Positions 1 through 8,513 of a DNA stretch of 31,327 nt are shown piece after piece. The DNA is taken from positions 1 through 31,327 of IMG/VR virus record IMGVR_UViG_3300031787_000556, one strand, 5' to 3'. Below the pieces are notes generated by a model. That model had not been told where the DNA came from and made no database searches. It saw only the letters and a list, made by a program, of their open reading frames with translations. Position numbers and translations under genes: made by a program. This DNA is from a virus. Taxonomy: Duplodnaviria > Caudoviricetes. The first letter of the stretch is position 1. Every line of letters starts with the position of its first letter.

Positions 1-3000
1 GGAGGTCGGCAAGGTTCCGCATCGTCTCGACGTAGCGGTCATACTCGTCGTCGGTCAGTTCACGCTTGAGTTCTTCCTTCAGACCCTTGATCTTTTCAGT
101 GGTTTTCTTGGTCTTGTTACCTTCGACGGCTTCCTCGTAGGTGATCTCCGCGCCGTCTTCGAGTTCCTTCTTGGAGAGTGTGCCGATGGCGAGGAGCCTC
201 TTGAGTACATCCTCGTCAACCTTCGTGTCACGCCCGGAACCGTCCAGACGTTCATCACCGAGGATGAGCAGAGGAGCGTTGCGGAGTTCCTTATCCAGCT
301 TGAACCGGGGGCTGGCAATGCGGCGGCTAATCACCAAGGCATAAGATACCACGAGGCGAGAGTTTCCCGTCAGTGCCAGCAGCTTGGCGAGACGTTCATT
401 ATACGTGTTGTACAATTTCGCCGCGTTCGTGCGCATGGCGTCCTTGAGATGCTCAGCGATGTTTGCCCCATGGTTGCGCAGAGCGTTGTAAGTACCCAGA
501 CGCAGGAACTTGCGCACGAACCTCTCGAACCTGTCGAGGTTATCGATCTTGAGGTCCCTGAGAGTGTTGGTCGCTTCCTCCATGCTGGCGGGCGGCGTAG
601 GGAGAAGGTCAAGCTGATTGCGCAGTGAATGCTGCGCAGAGTAGACCGAGTCTTGACTGAACCTACCCGTGCCGTTGTTGGTCATCACGGTCTGGAGGTT
701 GAGCGCGAAGGTGCTGGGCGTGAACATGGACGAACCATTGCGCACGGTGCTGCGGGCCTGAGACACGAGATAGCGGACGATGTCGTCCTCGAACTTCACA
801 CCCAGCTTGTTCAGTACATCCTTGATGGCATACCAGACACGGGCGAGGATGCTGCTGTCCAGCTTCTCAGCGAACTTCGCCATGTACTCTTCGACCGCCT
901 CGCGGCGGGCACCGAGCATGTCAACATCTTCGCTAGTAGTCGGACGAGCTTCTCTCTTTGTATCACCTCCAACTTTCTTCTTAACCATGTCCAATGTAGA
1001 GCGGAGATGGTCTTCAATCTCGATGTTCCTCTTTTGGTAGGCTTCCTCTACCAGCGAACTGAACTCTTTCAGTAGTGAAGATGCGTTACCTTCATTGTCT
1101 TCAAACCAATTCTGGATAATTAAATCCGCATCGTCTTGGTATTCAAGATCGGTAAGAAGTTTACTGAGTGCTCTGCTGCTACCTTCAACATCACCGTCTA
1201 GTGATCTGGCGTTGTCGAGGATGCTGTCCATCTTGGCGATGGCTTGTTTGTAGTCAGAACCCTTGATCGGAGAGAGTATCTCAAGAAAGAGGTCACCCAC
1301 CTTTCCGACACTGTCGGGGTTGTTGATATTACGCAGCTTCTCTTGAACTTCAGAGAATGCGCTAACAAACGTACCCACATCTAGCTTTGCTGGGATGCGC
1401 GGCATCTTGGGAACAGCAACAGCCCCGATAACAGAGCCTGCACCTTTCAGAAAACCGCGCCGAGACATAGGCGCAACCCCGGCAGGACGTAAGCCAAGAG
1501 CACCATCGACCGACTGACGCACACTGGGGTTATTATCATAGACGTAGTCCATGAGTGCATCGAACTGCTTCGCGGGCAGCAGAGCACGCATACCATAGTG
1601 ACCGATGGCCTCGTGAGCCAGCAGGAACCGCATGTGCTTCTCGGTCGGGATGCGGTCGGTGAAGACCAGCACCGTGTTGTCGAAGGCGTAGCCCGAAGCC
1701 GGGGCAGTGTCGAAATCTCCCTGCGGACGCGCTGCCACTGCACGTTGGTACAGTTCGGGATTGCGGCGCTGGAGGTCAGCTTGGTTCTTGTAGACGTAGA
1801 AGCGCGGAGCCTTGGCAAGACCACTGCGGAACTTGTCCACGATAGCCTTGGCCCGGATCGGGTTCACACCCTTGGCGGGGCGACCGTTCTCATCCACGGG
1901 GTTAGTGACGGCGTCGAACTGGGAGAGGCGATACCGCCCTTCATCGATGTCCTTGAGCGCCTGCTCAACACCGGCCCACCCTTGGGATGTCTTGTCCTTG
2001 TAAGTTTCAAGATACGCACGCGCAGTCCACTGCGCCTGATCAGAGATACCCTGCCCCTTGGCCCAGAAGATGAGGTTAGTAAAAGCGTTCCTGTACTCTT
2101 CCCTACGTTCGGGCGTATCCTTACCGGCCTTGGCTAGGCCCTTGATCTTATCTGTCTGCTTCCTGACTTGAGCAACGGCGGAATAAACCTCCTCCAACTC
2201 ACTGGCGGGAACCTTATTCTCATCGATGTTTTTCGACCCCTCCATGGCGTCTGCGGCAAGGTCAGCCTTGGCGTCATCCGATAGGTCCGCGTACTTGGCA
2301 TCTGCCAGACGGGCAGCTACCATTATCTGTTCCAGCGGGCTGAGTTCGGTGACAATGTACTCTTGCGCCTTGGCGCGTGCAGCGGGCGAGAGTTTCTCGT
2401 CGTTACCCATCCGCACAAGCTGAGCAAATGCAGTCGTGCGCTCATCCGCGTTGGCATTATTGGCTGCTATGATAGCGTCATCGACCTTCTTCAGGTCCTT
2501 CGCAGCTTTCTCAGCGGCCTTCTTCTCAGCCTTCAGTTCAGCGGGGGTTTTTGAGGGGGCGACCGCGACCGCCCCTTGGGCTTTTGGGGGTCGCGGTTTC
2601 CTGCCCGTTGGCTTCTTTTCCTCTAGCTTAGCGGCCCCACCAGCTTCTTCCCGTAGGGTTTCACTCCGGGCGGCAGGCCCTTGTTCTGCTTGCGCGGGTT
2701 CTTGGGCGGCGGTCTGCTGTCTTGCGCGGCCACGATTGCGCGGGCCTGCCGTTCCGCCTGCTCCGGGCTGCTCGGCCTGCTGTTCCCCAGTCTCCCTGTC
2801 TGCTGGTACGTCTGCAAGAGTCCTTGTATCCGCGCCTCCCGGTCCTGATCTGAAGTCATCAATGACCTCCTGCCTGATGGTGAACTCTTCACCGCCTGTA
2901 CCGAATGTGCGTGCGCGATCAGCAACCTTGAGCGTGTTGACCATGGTATCAGCAAACCGCTGTACCTTCTCTTTCTGCTCAAGCGTAAGCCTCTCGACCT

Positions 3001-5665
3001 TCAACAGCTTGGTCACCTTCCCCAGCTTCTTGAAGATATGCTTGGCGATGTCGCTCTCATTGAACTGCGTCTTGCCAGCAAGCAAAAGCTGGTTGAGGAA
3101 AGTACGGATACGCTGCGATGCCTTACCGACGTTGGGTGTAAGTTTAGGCGTAACACCAGTCGAAAGCGTTTCGACTTGCGCAGCAGTACCTGTGGGTATC
3201 ACATCTTCAGTGCCACGCTGGACAACTGTAACCTTACCAGTCGGCTCGCCCTTCTTACCCTTTGCTTTGCCGCGCTGAAGGCGCTGCAATGTGGCAGTAG
3301 GGGTTTCCGTTCCAGACCTAACGGGTGCGTAGCCAGTCACACCACCAAGCTGTTCCGGGGTGTACGTTGCCTGCATACCAGCACCCATAGGGGTCTGGGC
3401 AATCGGCTGGCGCTGCGGCCCTGCAACGAACTGCTGCGCCCGCCCACGGGCAAGCTCAGCCTGACGGTTGGCAACAATACGATCCGTAGCGACGCGGCGG
3501 CGGGCTTCGGTCGTGGTGGGAACACCACGCACCACATCAGCAATCGGAAGGGCAGGTGCCGTACCGGGTGCCACACCAGTGGGGATAGGCTGCGCAGGCG
3601 CAGCCTGACTGCCGAAAAATTGCTGCGCACCCTGCCGCTGTGCGGCCTGCTGCTGTACGCCCTGCTGCGCCTGCGCTGCCTGCTGCGCCTGTGCCAATGC
3701 AGCGGCTTGGAACTGTTCAAACGTACCGAAACCACCCGTCTGAGCGGGGGTCATGGTGGTGCCCATACTCATGGGACCACCCGTCACGGGGGGAACCGCA
3801 GGCGTGGGAGGAGCCACAGGAGACATCTGCAACGGCGGCGCACCGACAGTCATCGCACCCGGAGTTACAGTCGGAACAGGACCAGCCTGCCCCATAGCGC
3901 CGGGTACGGCACCTTCAGTACCGAAGTATGGGCCGGGGATCGTGCTGGGGATAGCGGGTGTAGGACCAACTTGGAACGTCTGGTCAGCAGCACCCGTCAG
4001 CGGGGCCTGCGTACCAGCAAAAGGCTGAAGACCAACGACAGGGTTGGTCATCTGCTGCACAGCGGCCTGCTCAGCCGCCTGCTCTTCCATGATACGGGTG
4101 TAGGGCTGCGGCGGGGCGAAGACCTTCTTATACTCAGTGTCACCGATCTGCTTCTTCAGATCGATAAGATACTGGGCATAGCCGGGATCGTCCTGAGATA
4201 CCGGCAGCAGGAGATTGGCTTCGGTCTTATTGTCAGCCAGCGAACCAGCGAACGCACCACCGGCACCGCCCATCACGCCACCCATTAGGGCACCGGCAGC
4301 GAAGGCGTTGATGATACGATTGGTCGCTTCAGCGGAGTTCAGGTCGAGGACAGGGTTAGCTGCGATCTGGAGGACTTCCTGCGTGCCTTCAGTTGCGCCT
4401 TCGATACCCATGCCAAGTGCGCCGTATCCGGCGATGCGGCCTGTGCGCCCCTTGGCGACACCCTTGAGGATGTCCATGGACTTGCGCTGGGTTTTGGCAA
4501 CGCCGACAACGTCACCCGCGAGTTCACTGAAGAGACGGCCAGCCAGCAGCAGTTCGGGGGCAGTGTCAAGAAGACCGCCAAGCGTACCGACCAGCAGAGA
4601 CACAGGGCGGTTGCCCTCGCCCCCGTCAGCCATGGTTTCGCCGTAGGCAGCACCCGTTTGCTGGAAGATATTTGAAGCAGTAGACGCTGCGATACCACCA
4701 CCGATCTGCCGCATACGGCGCTCAATGGCAGGGGCCTGCTTCATCACAGCCTGCGCACCAGCCGTCAGACCCTCGTTCAGCATCTCGTCAAAGGCACCGG
4801 GAGCAAGGCGCGTCTTGGCGGCATTCGCCGCCGCGTTGGTCATGCCAGCCGCAGAGAGCATGAGCTTCTTTTCGGCGGCGTCCAGTGCTTCGCCCTTCAA
4901 CTGCTTCTTGGCAGCTTCGAGCAGCGCCTTCTTGACCGCCGCCTTACCGAAGAATCCACCGATGGCACCAAGCACGGCACCAGCGGGGGCGGCAGGACCC
5001 GTAGCAGCACCACCAGCGACAGCACCAACACCGGCAGTGATGGCAGACTCGACCACGTTGGGGCCAAGGCGACCGATGGTCGCGGCCATCCAGTCAAGGA
5101 CGCCGTTCTCAGGCGTAGAGCCAATATCGGTGAAGTTGCGACTGTAAACCTGATTGGGCTGGAGGTCTGCTTCCTGATCTGCCAAGTACTGCCCGGTCTG
5201 CTCTGCACCCAGCCACTGAAGCCCGAGACCAGCCATCTGCTGCATCTCGTCCGTACCCATGCTGAAGTTCTTGCCCATCAAGGTCAGAAGACCGGGGTCA
5301 CGGATGCTCTGCACATACTGGCTGAAGCTGGTATCGTCCACCACTTGCCAGTTACCTTCAGGCAGCGGGGCTTCCTGCCCAGCGTACTTCGACATGACCG
5401 CAACGTCTGTGTCGTTGTTGGCGTCAACGACATGACCACCAATGAAGTACTTGTTCTCTTCGGGGCTGTAGGCGACACGGGCAGTACGCTGCGTGGGTTC
5501 TTCTTCCGGCTGCATAAACTGCTGGTTTTGCGTCCTCAGACCCGCGCGGATACCAGCAGCGTACTGGTCGATATCGCGCGAGGCCCTGTCGGCAATCGCC
5601 TGCGGAGTGTTCTGCCCCAAACCCTGAAGCATGGGGGAAGTTGTTCCGAGGAACCTGTCAGCCAT
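1..5665 (-). CDS. Giant virion/ejection (large polyvalent-type) protein, at least 1888 aa, 3'-truncated by the window edge; contains a zincin metallopeptidase-like motif
   Basis: Hand translation from ATG 5665 (MADRFLGTTSPMLQG...) stays open to base 1. The ORF track lists no minus-strand ORF in this frame, as expected if there is no in-window stop. It has Gly/Ala hydrophobic segments and an EGATEGTQE motif near the N-terminus, a Pro/Gln-rich middle, LLAHEAIGHYGMRALL (HExxGH at 1598-1615) and AVEEYMAKFAE (EEY at 884-892). It is the last gene of the ejection cluster. Confidence 0.9.
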   Translation of the reverse strand, partial: MADRFLGTTSPMLQGLGQNTPQAIADRASRDIDQYAAGIRAGLRTQNQQFMQPEEEPTQRTARVAYSPEENKYFIGGHVVDANNDTDVAVMSKYAGQEAPLPEGNWQVVDDTSFSQYVQSIRDPGLLTLMGKNFSMGTDEMQQMAGLGLQWLGAEQTGQYLADQEADLQPNQVYSRNFTDIGSTPENGVLDWMAATIGRLGPNVVESAITAGVGAVAGGAATGPAAPAGAVLGAIGGFFGKAAVKKALLEAAKKQLKGEALDAAEKKLMLSAAGMTNAAANAAKTRLAPGAFDEMLNEGLTAGAQAVMKQAPAIERRMRQIGGGIAASTASNIFQQTGAAYGETMADGGEGNRPVSLLVGTLGGLLDTAPELLLAGRLFSELAGDVVGVAKTQRKSMDILKGVAKGRTGRIAGYGALGMGIEGATEGTQEVLQIAANPVLDLNSAEATNRIINAFAAGALMGGVMGGAGGAFAGSLADNKTEANLLLPVSQDDPGYAQYLIDLKKQIGDTEYKKVFAPPQPYTRIMEEQAAEQAAVQQMTNPVVGLQPFAGTQAPLTGAADQTFQVGPTPAIPSTIPGPYFGTEGAVPGAMGQAGPVPTVTPGAMTVGAPPLQMSPVAPPTPAVPPVTGGPMSMGTTMTPAQTGGFGTFEQFQAAALAQAQQAAQAQQGVQQQAAQRQGAQQFFGSQAAPAQPIPTGVAPGTAPALPIADVVRGVPTTTEARRRVATDRIVANRQAELARGRAQQFVAGPQRQPIAQTPMGAGMQATYTPEQLGGVTGYAPVRSGTETPTATLQRLQRGKAKGKKGEPTGKVTVVQRGTEDVIPTGTAAQVETLSTGVTPKLTPNVGKASQRIRTFLNQLLLAGKTQFNESDIAKHIFKKLGKVTKLLKVERLTLEQKEKVQRFADTMVNTLKVADRARTFGTGGEEFTIRQEVIDDFRSGPGGADTRTLADVPADRETGEQQAEQPGAGGTAGPRNRGRARQQTAAQEPAQAEQGPAARSETLREEAGGAAKLEEKKPTGRKPRPPKAQGAVAVAPSKTPAELKAEKKAAEKAAKDLKKVDDAIIAANNANADERTTAFAQLVRMGNDEKLSPAARAKAQEYIVTELSPLEQIMVAARLADAKYADLSDDAKADLAADAMEGSKNIDENKVPASELEEVYSAVAQVRKQTDKIKGLAKAGKDTPERREEYRNAFTNLIFWAKGQGISDQAQWTARAYLETYKDKTSQGWAGVEQALKDIDEGRYRLSQFDAVTNPVDENGRPAKGVNPIRAKAIVDKFRSGLAKAPRFYVYKNQADLQRRNPELYQRAVAARPQGDFDTAPASGYAFDNTVLVFTDRIPTEKHMRFLLAHEAIGHYGMRALLPAKQFDALMDYVYDNNPSVRQSVDGALGLRPAGVAPMSRRGFLKGAGSVIGAVAVPKMPRIPAKLDVGTFVSAFSEVQEKLRNINNPDSVGKVGDLFLEILSPIKGSDYKQAIAKMDSILDNARSLDGDVEGSSRALSKLLTDLEYQDDADLIIQNWFEDNEGNASSLLKEFSSLVEEAYQKRNIEIEDHLRSTLDMVKKKVGGDTKREARPTTSEDVDMLGARREAVEEYMAKFAEKLDSSILARVWYAIKDVLNKLGVKFEDDIVRYLVSQARSTVRNGSSMFTPSTFALNLQTVMTNNGTGRFSQDSVYSAQHSLRNQLDLLPTPPASMEEATNTLRDLKIDNLDRFERFVRKFLRLGTYNALRNHGANIAEHLKDAMRTNAAKLYNTYNERLAKLLALTGNSRLVVSYALVISRRIASPRFKLDKELRNAPLLILGDERLDGSGRDTKVDEDVLKRLLAIGTLSKKELEDGAEITYEEAVEGNKTKKTTEKIKGLKEELKRELTDDEYDRYVETMRNLADL
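2623..2859 (-). CDS. Putative nested (+1 frame) 78-aa basic protein inside the giant ORF
   Basis: AGGAGGT (2871-2865) lies 5 nt upstream of ATG 2859, and the ORF MTSDQDREARIQGLLQTYQQTGRLGNSRPSSPEQAERQARAIV... ends at TAG 2623. Host-frame codons are unusually A-ending across this interval. Confidence 0.55.
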   Translation of the reverse strand: MTSDQDREARIQGLLQTYQQTGRLGNSRPSSPEQAERQARAIVAAQDSRPPPKNPRKQNKGLPPGVKPYGKKLVGPLS

Positions 5666-5675
5666 AACGATACCC

Positions 5676-8495
5676 TTATTGCGGCGTAACGCCGGTAGCC
5701 CGTGTCACCCTAACCTGCGGCTGGGGTCTTGTCACTACCCCTTGTGGCGTTGTCGTCTCCGCACCCATGGTGTACTCGATGATGTTACCACGCTCATCGG
5801 TAAAGACAATCTTACCAAGCTTACCTGAGACAGGGTCCATCTCTTCGCTGGACTTCGTCAGCTTGTTGGTAGCGATCAGCTTCTGGAACTCTGCGTTCTG
5901 CTTCAGTTCTTCGAGCGTCGTGACTTCAGCAATCTTACCCTGTATTTTCACTTTTTCGAGAAGGACTTCGCGCTCAAACTCAGCGTTCTTCTCGGCGGTT
6001 GCTGCCTGTTCGGCTGCTGCCGACGCCTTAATCTTCGGCAAGAACAGGTCCCGCGCTTCCGTTGCGGTGATACCGCCACCGGAGATGAGTTCGTTGTTAA
6101 CATACACCTGAACAAGCGTAGAGTTCTCGACCGGTACAATCTCAACAAGCTGTCCAGTGCCGCGAGACACCATGTCCGCAAACGGCTTCGGGTTGTTATT
6201 AACCATCAACTCGTTGACAGCAATGTTGATGTACTCATCGACACGAGCCAGATTGAGTTCTTCGATCTTGAGTTCAGCGGCACGCTCAGCCTGTCGCACC
6301 GTGTCCTCGACATCCGTCAGGTTTGTTGCAACACCTTCGATCTCAGCGAGGATCGTCTGGGCTTCGTCGTACCTGCCAAACTGCTTCGCCACTTCGAGGC
6401 GGCGCTGAAGGTCCTGATACTTCTTGGTTGCGGTGGCACGCGCCGTTTCCGCCGTCTGGTAGCTGTAGTTCAGATCGGACTCGACACGCACCTGCTCCCG
6501 GTCGTACTTCTCCAGATTGAAGGTAGAGAGTTCGGTCGGCCTCGCCGTATCAGTGGTCATCGGCGTGTTGGCAACCACACGCGCTTCGTTGTAGAGCGTA
6601 GCGAAGTACGCATTGTAATCGCTGTTGGTAAGACCAGCGATACCTTCCTTGCCCGCATCGTGCGTAGCCGTGGGCGCACCCATCTTGAGTACATCCCAAG
6701 CGTTACCCTGATACGCAGCACCCCAGAGGTTAGGGGGGATACCGAGAATTTCGATCATCTTGAGTTGGAGCAGCGCCGCATCGACGCTTTCTACTTTCTC
6801 CATCCCACCGGCAAAAATTTCATTGGCAAGCTCAGTGAACTTGGGCGGAACGCCGTATTCCGCAATGAATGCTTCGTCGGTGTAGAACTTCTTCAGTAGA
6901 TCAAGCTGACCCTTCTGGACATGGAAGTCACCAAACGTACCGGAAACGGGGTTCTTGCGCTTGTCCTTACCAAAGGCACTCTCAATACCCCAGACAGCAA
7001 CGAGCGCCGCACGAGGTACTTCAAACTCATCTGCGCGAGCCAGATACTCCTGACCCTTTTTCGACTGTACGGCGGGACCAAGAAGCGGAAGACGTTCAGG
7101 GACGCGCTCAGCGACTGCACTCGCGGAAAAATCGGTAATGGCCTTCACACGCGCCGGATCACCCGTGAGCGGCGTAGCCGCTGGGATATCCAAAGCAGGA
7201 TAAGCCCCAGCCACAGCTTCAGGCGTCTGCGGAGGAGTTACACCGGGCGCAGCCTGAAGGTCCGTCTTACCACCAGTAGCAGTCTGAGCAGCAGCGGCAT
7301 CAGCGACAGGGGTTGGACCTTTAGCAGTTTTACCAAACCTACCCTTGTACTTCTGATAATACCCAAACGGGTCTTTCTGAGCCTCTTCAATTGCTGCCGG
7401 GTTGGCAAGCATGAAATCCTTTACCGCAGGTGTCTCGAACCACTGAAGAGCTTCAGTGTTGCGTGCCTTCATCGTCTGGCGAGTATCGTAATCAGCCTGC
7501 GAACCAAAAAGATAGCTACCTGCATCCCCGAAAACATTCGTCATAAGGGAGCCGCGCAGACGATTATACTGGATAATAGCCCGCTGATTTGCCTTGTACG
7601 CTTCTGTCGCATTGGCCGCTGGCGGTAGATACGACTTCGGCTCATATCCGCCGCCACCGGGGGGCAGGGCGCTGGATGGTGTATCAACAACATACGGCGG
7701 CAGACCAGCCAGACCTGCGCGAGAAGCGGGGGCAGTGCCGGGAGCGCCGGGGGCGGGAGCGACAGCACCGGTAAACCCGATGGAGTCGGGAGCCGGGATG
7801 GCATTTGCCCTGCCGCTCTCACCGACACCACGGGGCTGCGTTTCACGTTCCGGCATGGTCCCACGGGGCTGTGCAGCCGGAAGTTCGCTTACAGACTGAG
7901 CGGCAAGGTTTGCACGCTTGTAGTCACCGGTACGGATCGCCTCATCGATAGTCGTGAAGATATCATTAAAGAAGGTCACACGCTCACGAGTACCGCCGAC
8001 CTTGGTAGCAATATCTCCATCAAGTTTTGTAAGCGCAGCGCGAATGCGCGGCTGCATGTTGGGCGGGGCCACTCGCAACTGCTGCTCAAGGATATACTTC
8101 TCACGCCCAAGGCTGTCGATCTCAGCCTTCTGGGCAGCAAGTTCAGAATTGTACTGTCCCTCAAGGAGCTTGCGCCTTTGCACGGCGCGGTCGCGCTCAT
8201 AAGACACACCAGCAGCACCGCCAGCATCGGCAGCACCGCCACTTCCCGGCTTCGGAGAAGTCATACCGGGCGGCATGGGCGGGGCCGCAGGAGCAGCCCA
8301 ATCGGGGAGCGCAACTTCAGACCGGGGCGTCAGACCAGCGGTGAATTGATCCAGCCCCGCCTGCTGCTGACGCATCAGACCTGCGCGTTCGCGTGCCGCA
8401 CGCTGTTCATTCAGTTCCTGCGCTTTGGCGTAACGCTCACGTTCAAGAGCAGCAACCGAGCTTGCGGTAGTGTAAAGACCCGGAGTGTATGCCAT
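5676..8495 (-). CDS. Internal virion/ejection protein with a lytic transglycosylase-like segment
   Basis: 939-aa ORF with coiled-coil and Pro/Ala-rich linkers. The segment ADEFEVPRAALVAVWGIESAFG resembles SLT-family motif I, with the putative catalytic Glu at about 6981-6983. Confidence 0.75.
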   Translation of the reverse strand: MAYTPGLYTTASSVAALERERYAKAQELNEQRAARERAGLMRQQQAGLDQFTAGLTPRSEVALPDWAAPAAPPMPPGMTSPKPGSGGAADAGGAAGVSYERDRAVQRRKLLEGQYNSELAAQKAEIDSLGREKYILEQQLRVAPPNMQPRIRAALTKLDGDIATKVGGTRERVTFFNDIFTTIDEAIRTGDYKRANLAAQSVSELPAAQPRGTMPERETQPRGVGESGRANAIPAPDSIGFTGAVAPAPGAPGTAPASRAGLAGLPPYVVDTPSSALPPGGGGYEPKSYLPPAANATEAYKANQRAIIQYNRLRGSLMTNVFGDAGSYLFGSQADYDTRQTMKARNTEALQWFETPAVKDFMLANPAAIEEAQKDPFGYYQKYKGRFGKTAKGPTPVADAAAAQTATGGKTDLQAAPGVTPPQTPEAVAGAYPALDIPAATPLTGDPARVKAITDFSASAVAERVPERLPLLGPAVQSKKGQEYLARADEFEVPRAALVAVWGIESAFGKDKRKNPVSGTFGDFHVQKGQLDLLKKFYTDEAFIAEYGVPPKFTELANEIFAGGMEKVESVDAALLQLKMIEILGIPPNLWGAAYQGNAWDVLKMGAPTATHDAGKEGIAGLTNSDYNAYFATLYNEARVVANTPMTTDTARPTELSTFNLEKYDREQVRVESDLNYSYQTAETARATATKKYQDLQRRLEVAKQFGRYDEAQTILAEIEGVATNLTDVEDTVRQAERAAELKIEELNLARVDEYINIAVNELMVNNNPKPFADMVSRGTGQLVEIVPVENSTLVQVYVNNELISGGGITATEARDLFLPKIKASAAAEQAATAEKNAEFEREVLLEKVKIQGKIAEVTTLEELKQNAEFQKLIATNKLTKSSEEMDPVSGKLGKIVFTDERGNIIEYTMGAETTTPQGVVTRPQPQVRVTRATGVTPQ

Positions 8496-8513
8496 CAGAT
8501 GGTCTTTCCGTTA

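Noticed and set aside
811-1017. Second possible nested +1 ORF in the giant gene, with GGAGGTGAT near 965
   Set aside because: The SD-like word has no start codon at a usable distance, and the TTG start has only a weak, distant RBS.
930-1470. Intein or intron as the explanation for the insert in the zincin domain
   Set aside because: No Cys/Ser…His-Asn splice junctions or homing endonuclease motifs were seen, and the frame is continuous.
3038-4288. 416-aa plus-strand ORF (also 2436-3278 and others in 1-5600)
   Set aside because: Antisense shadow of the giant minus-strand gene, with atypical composition and no RBS.
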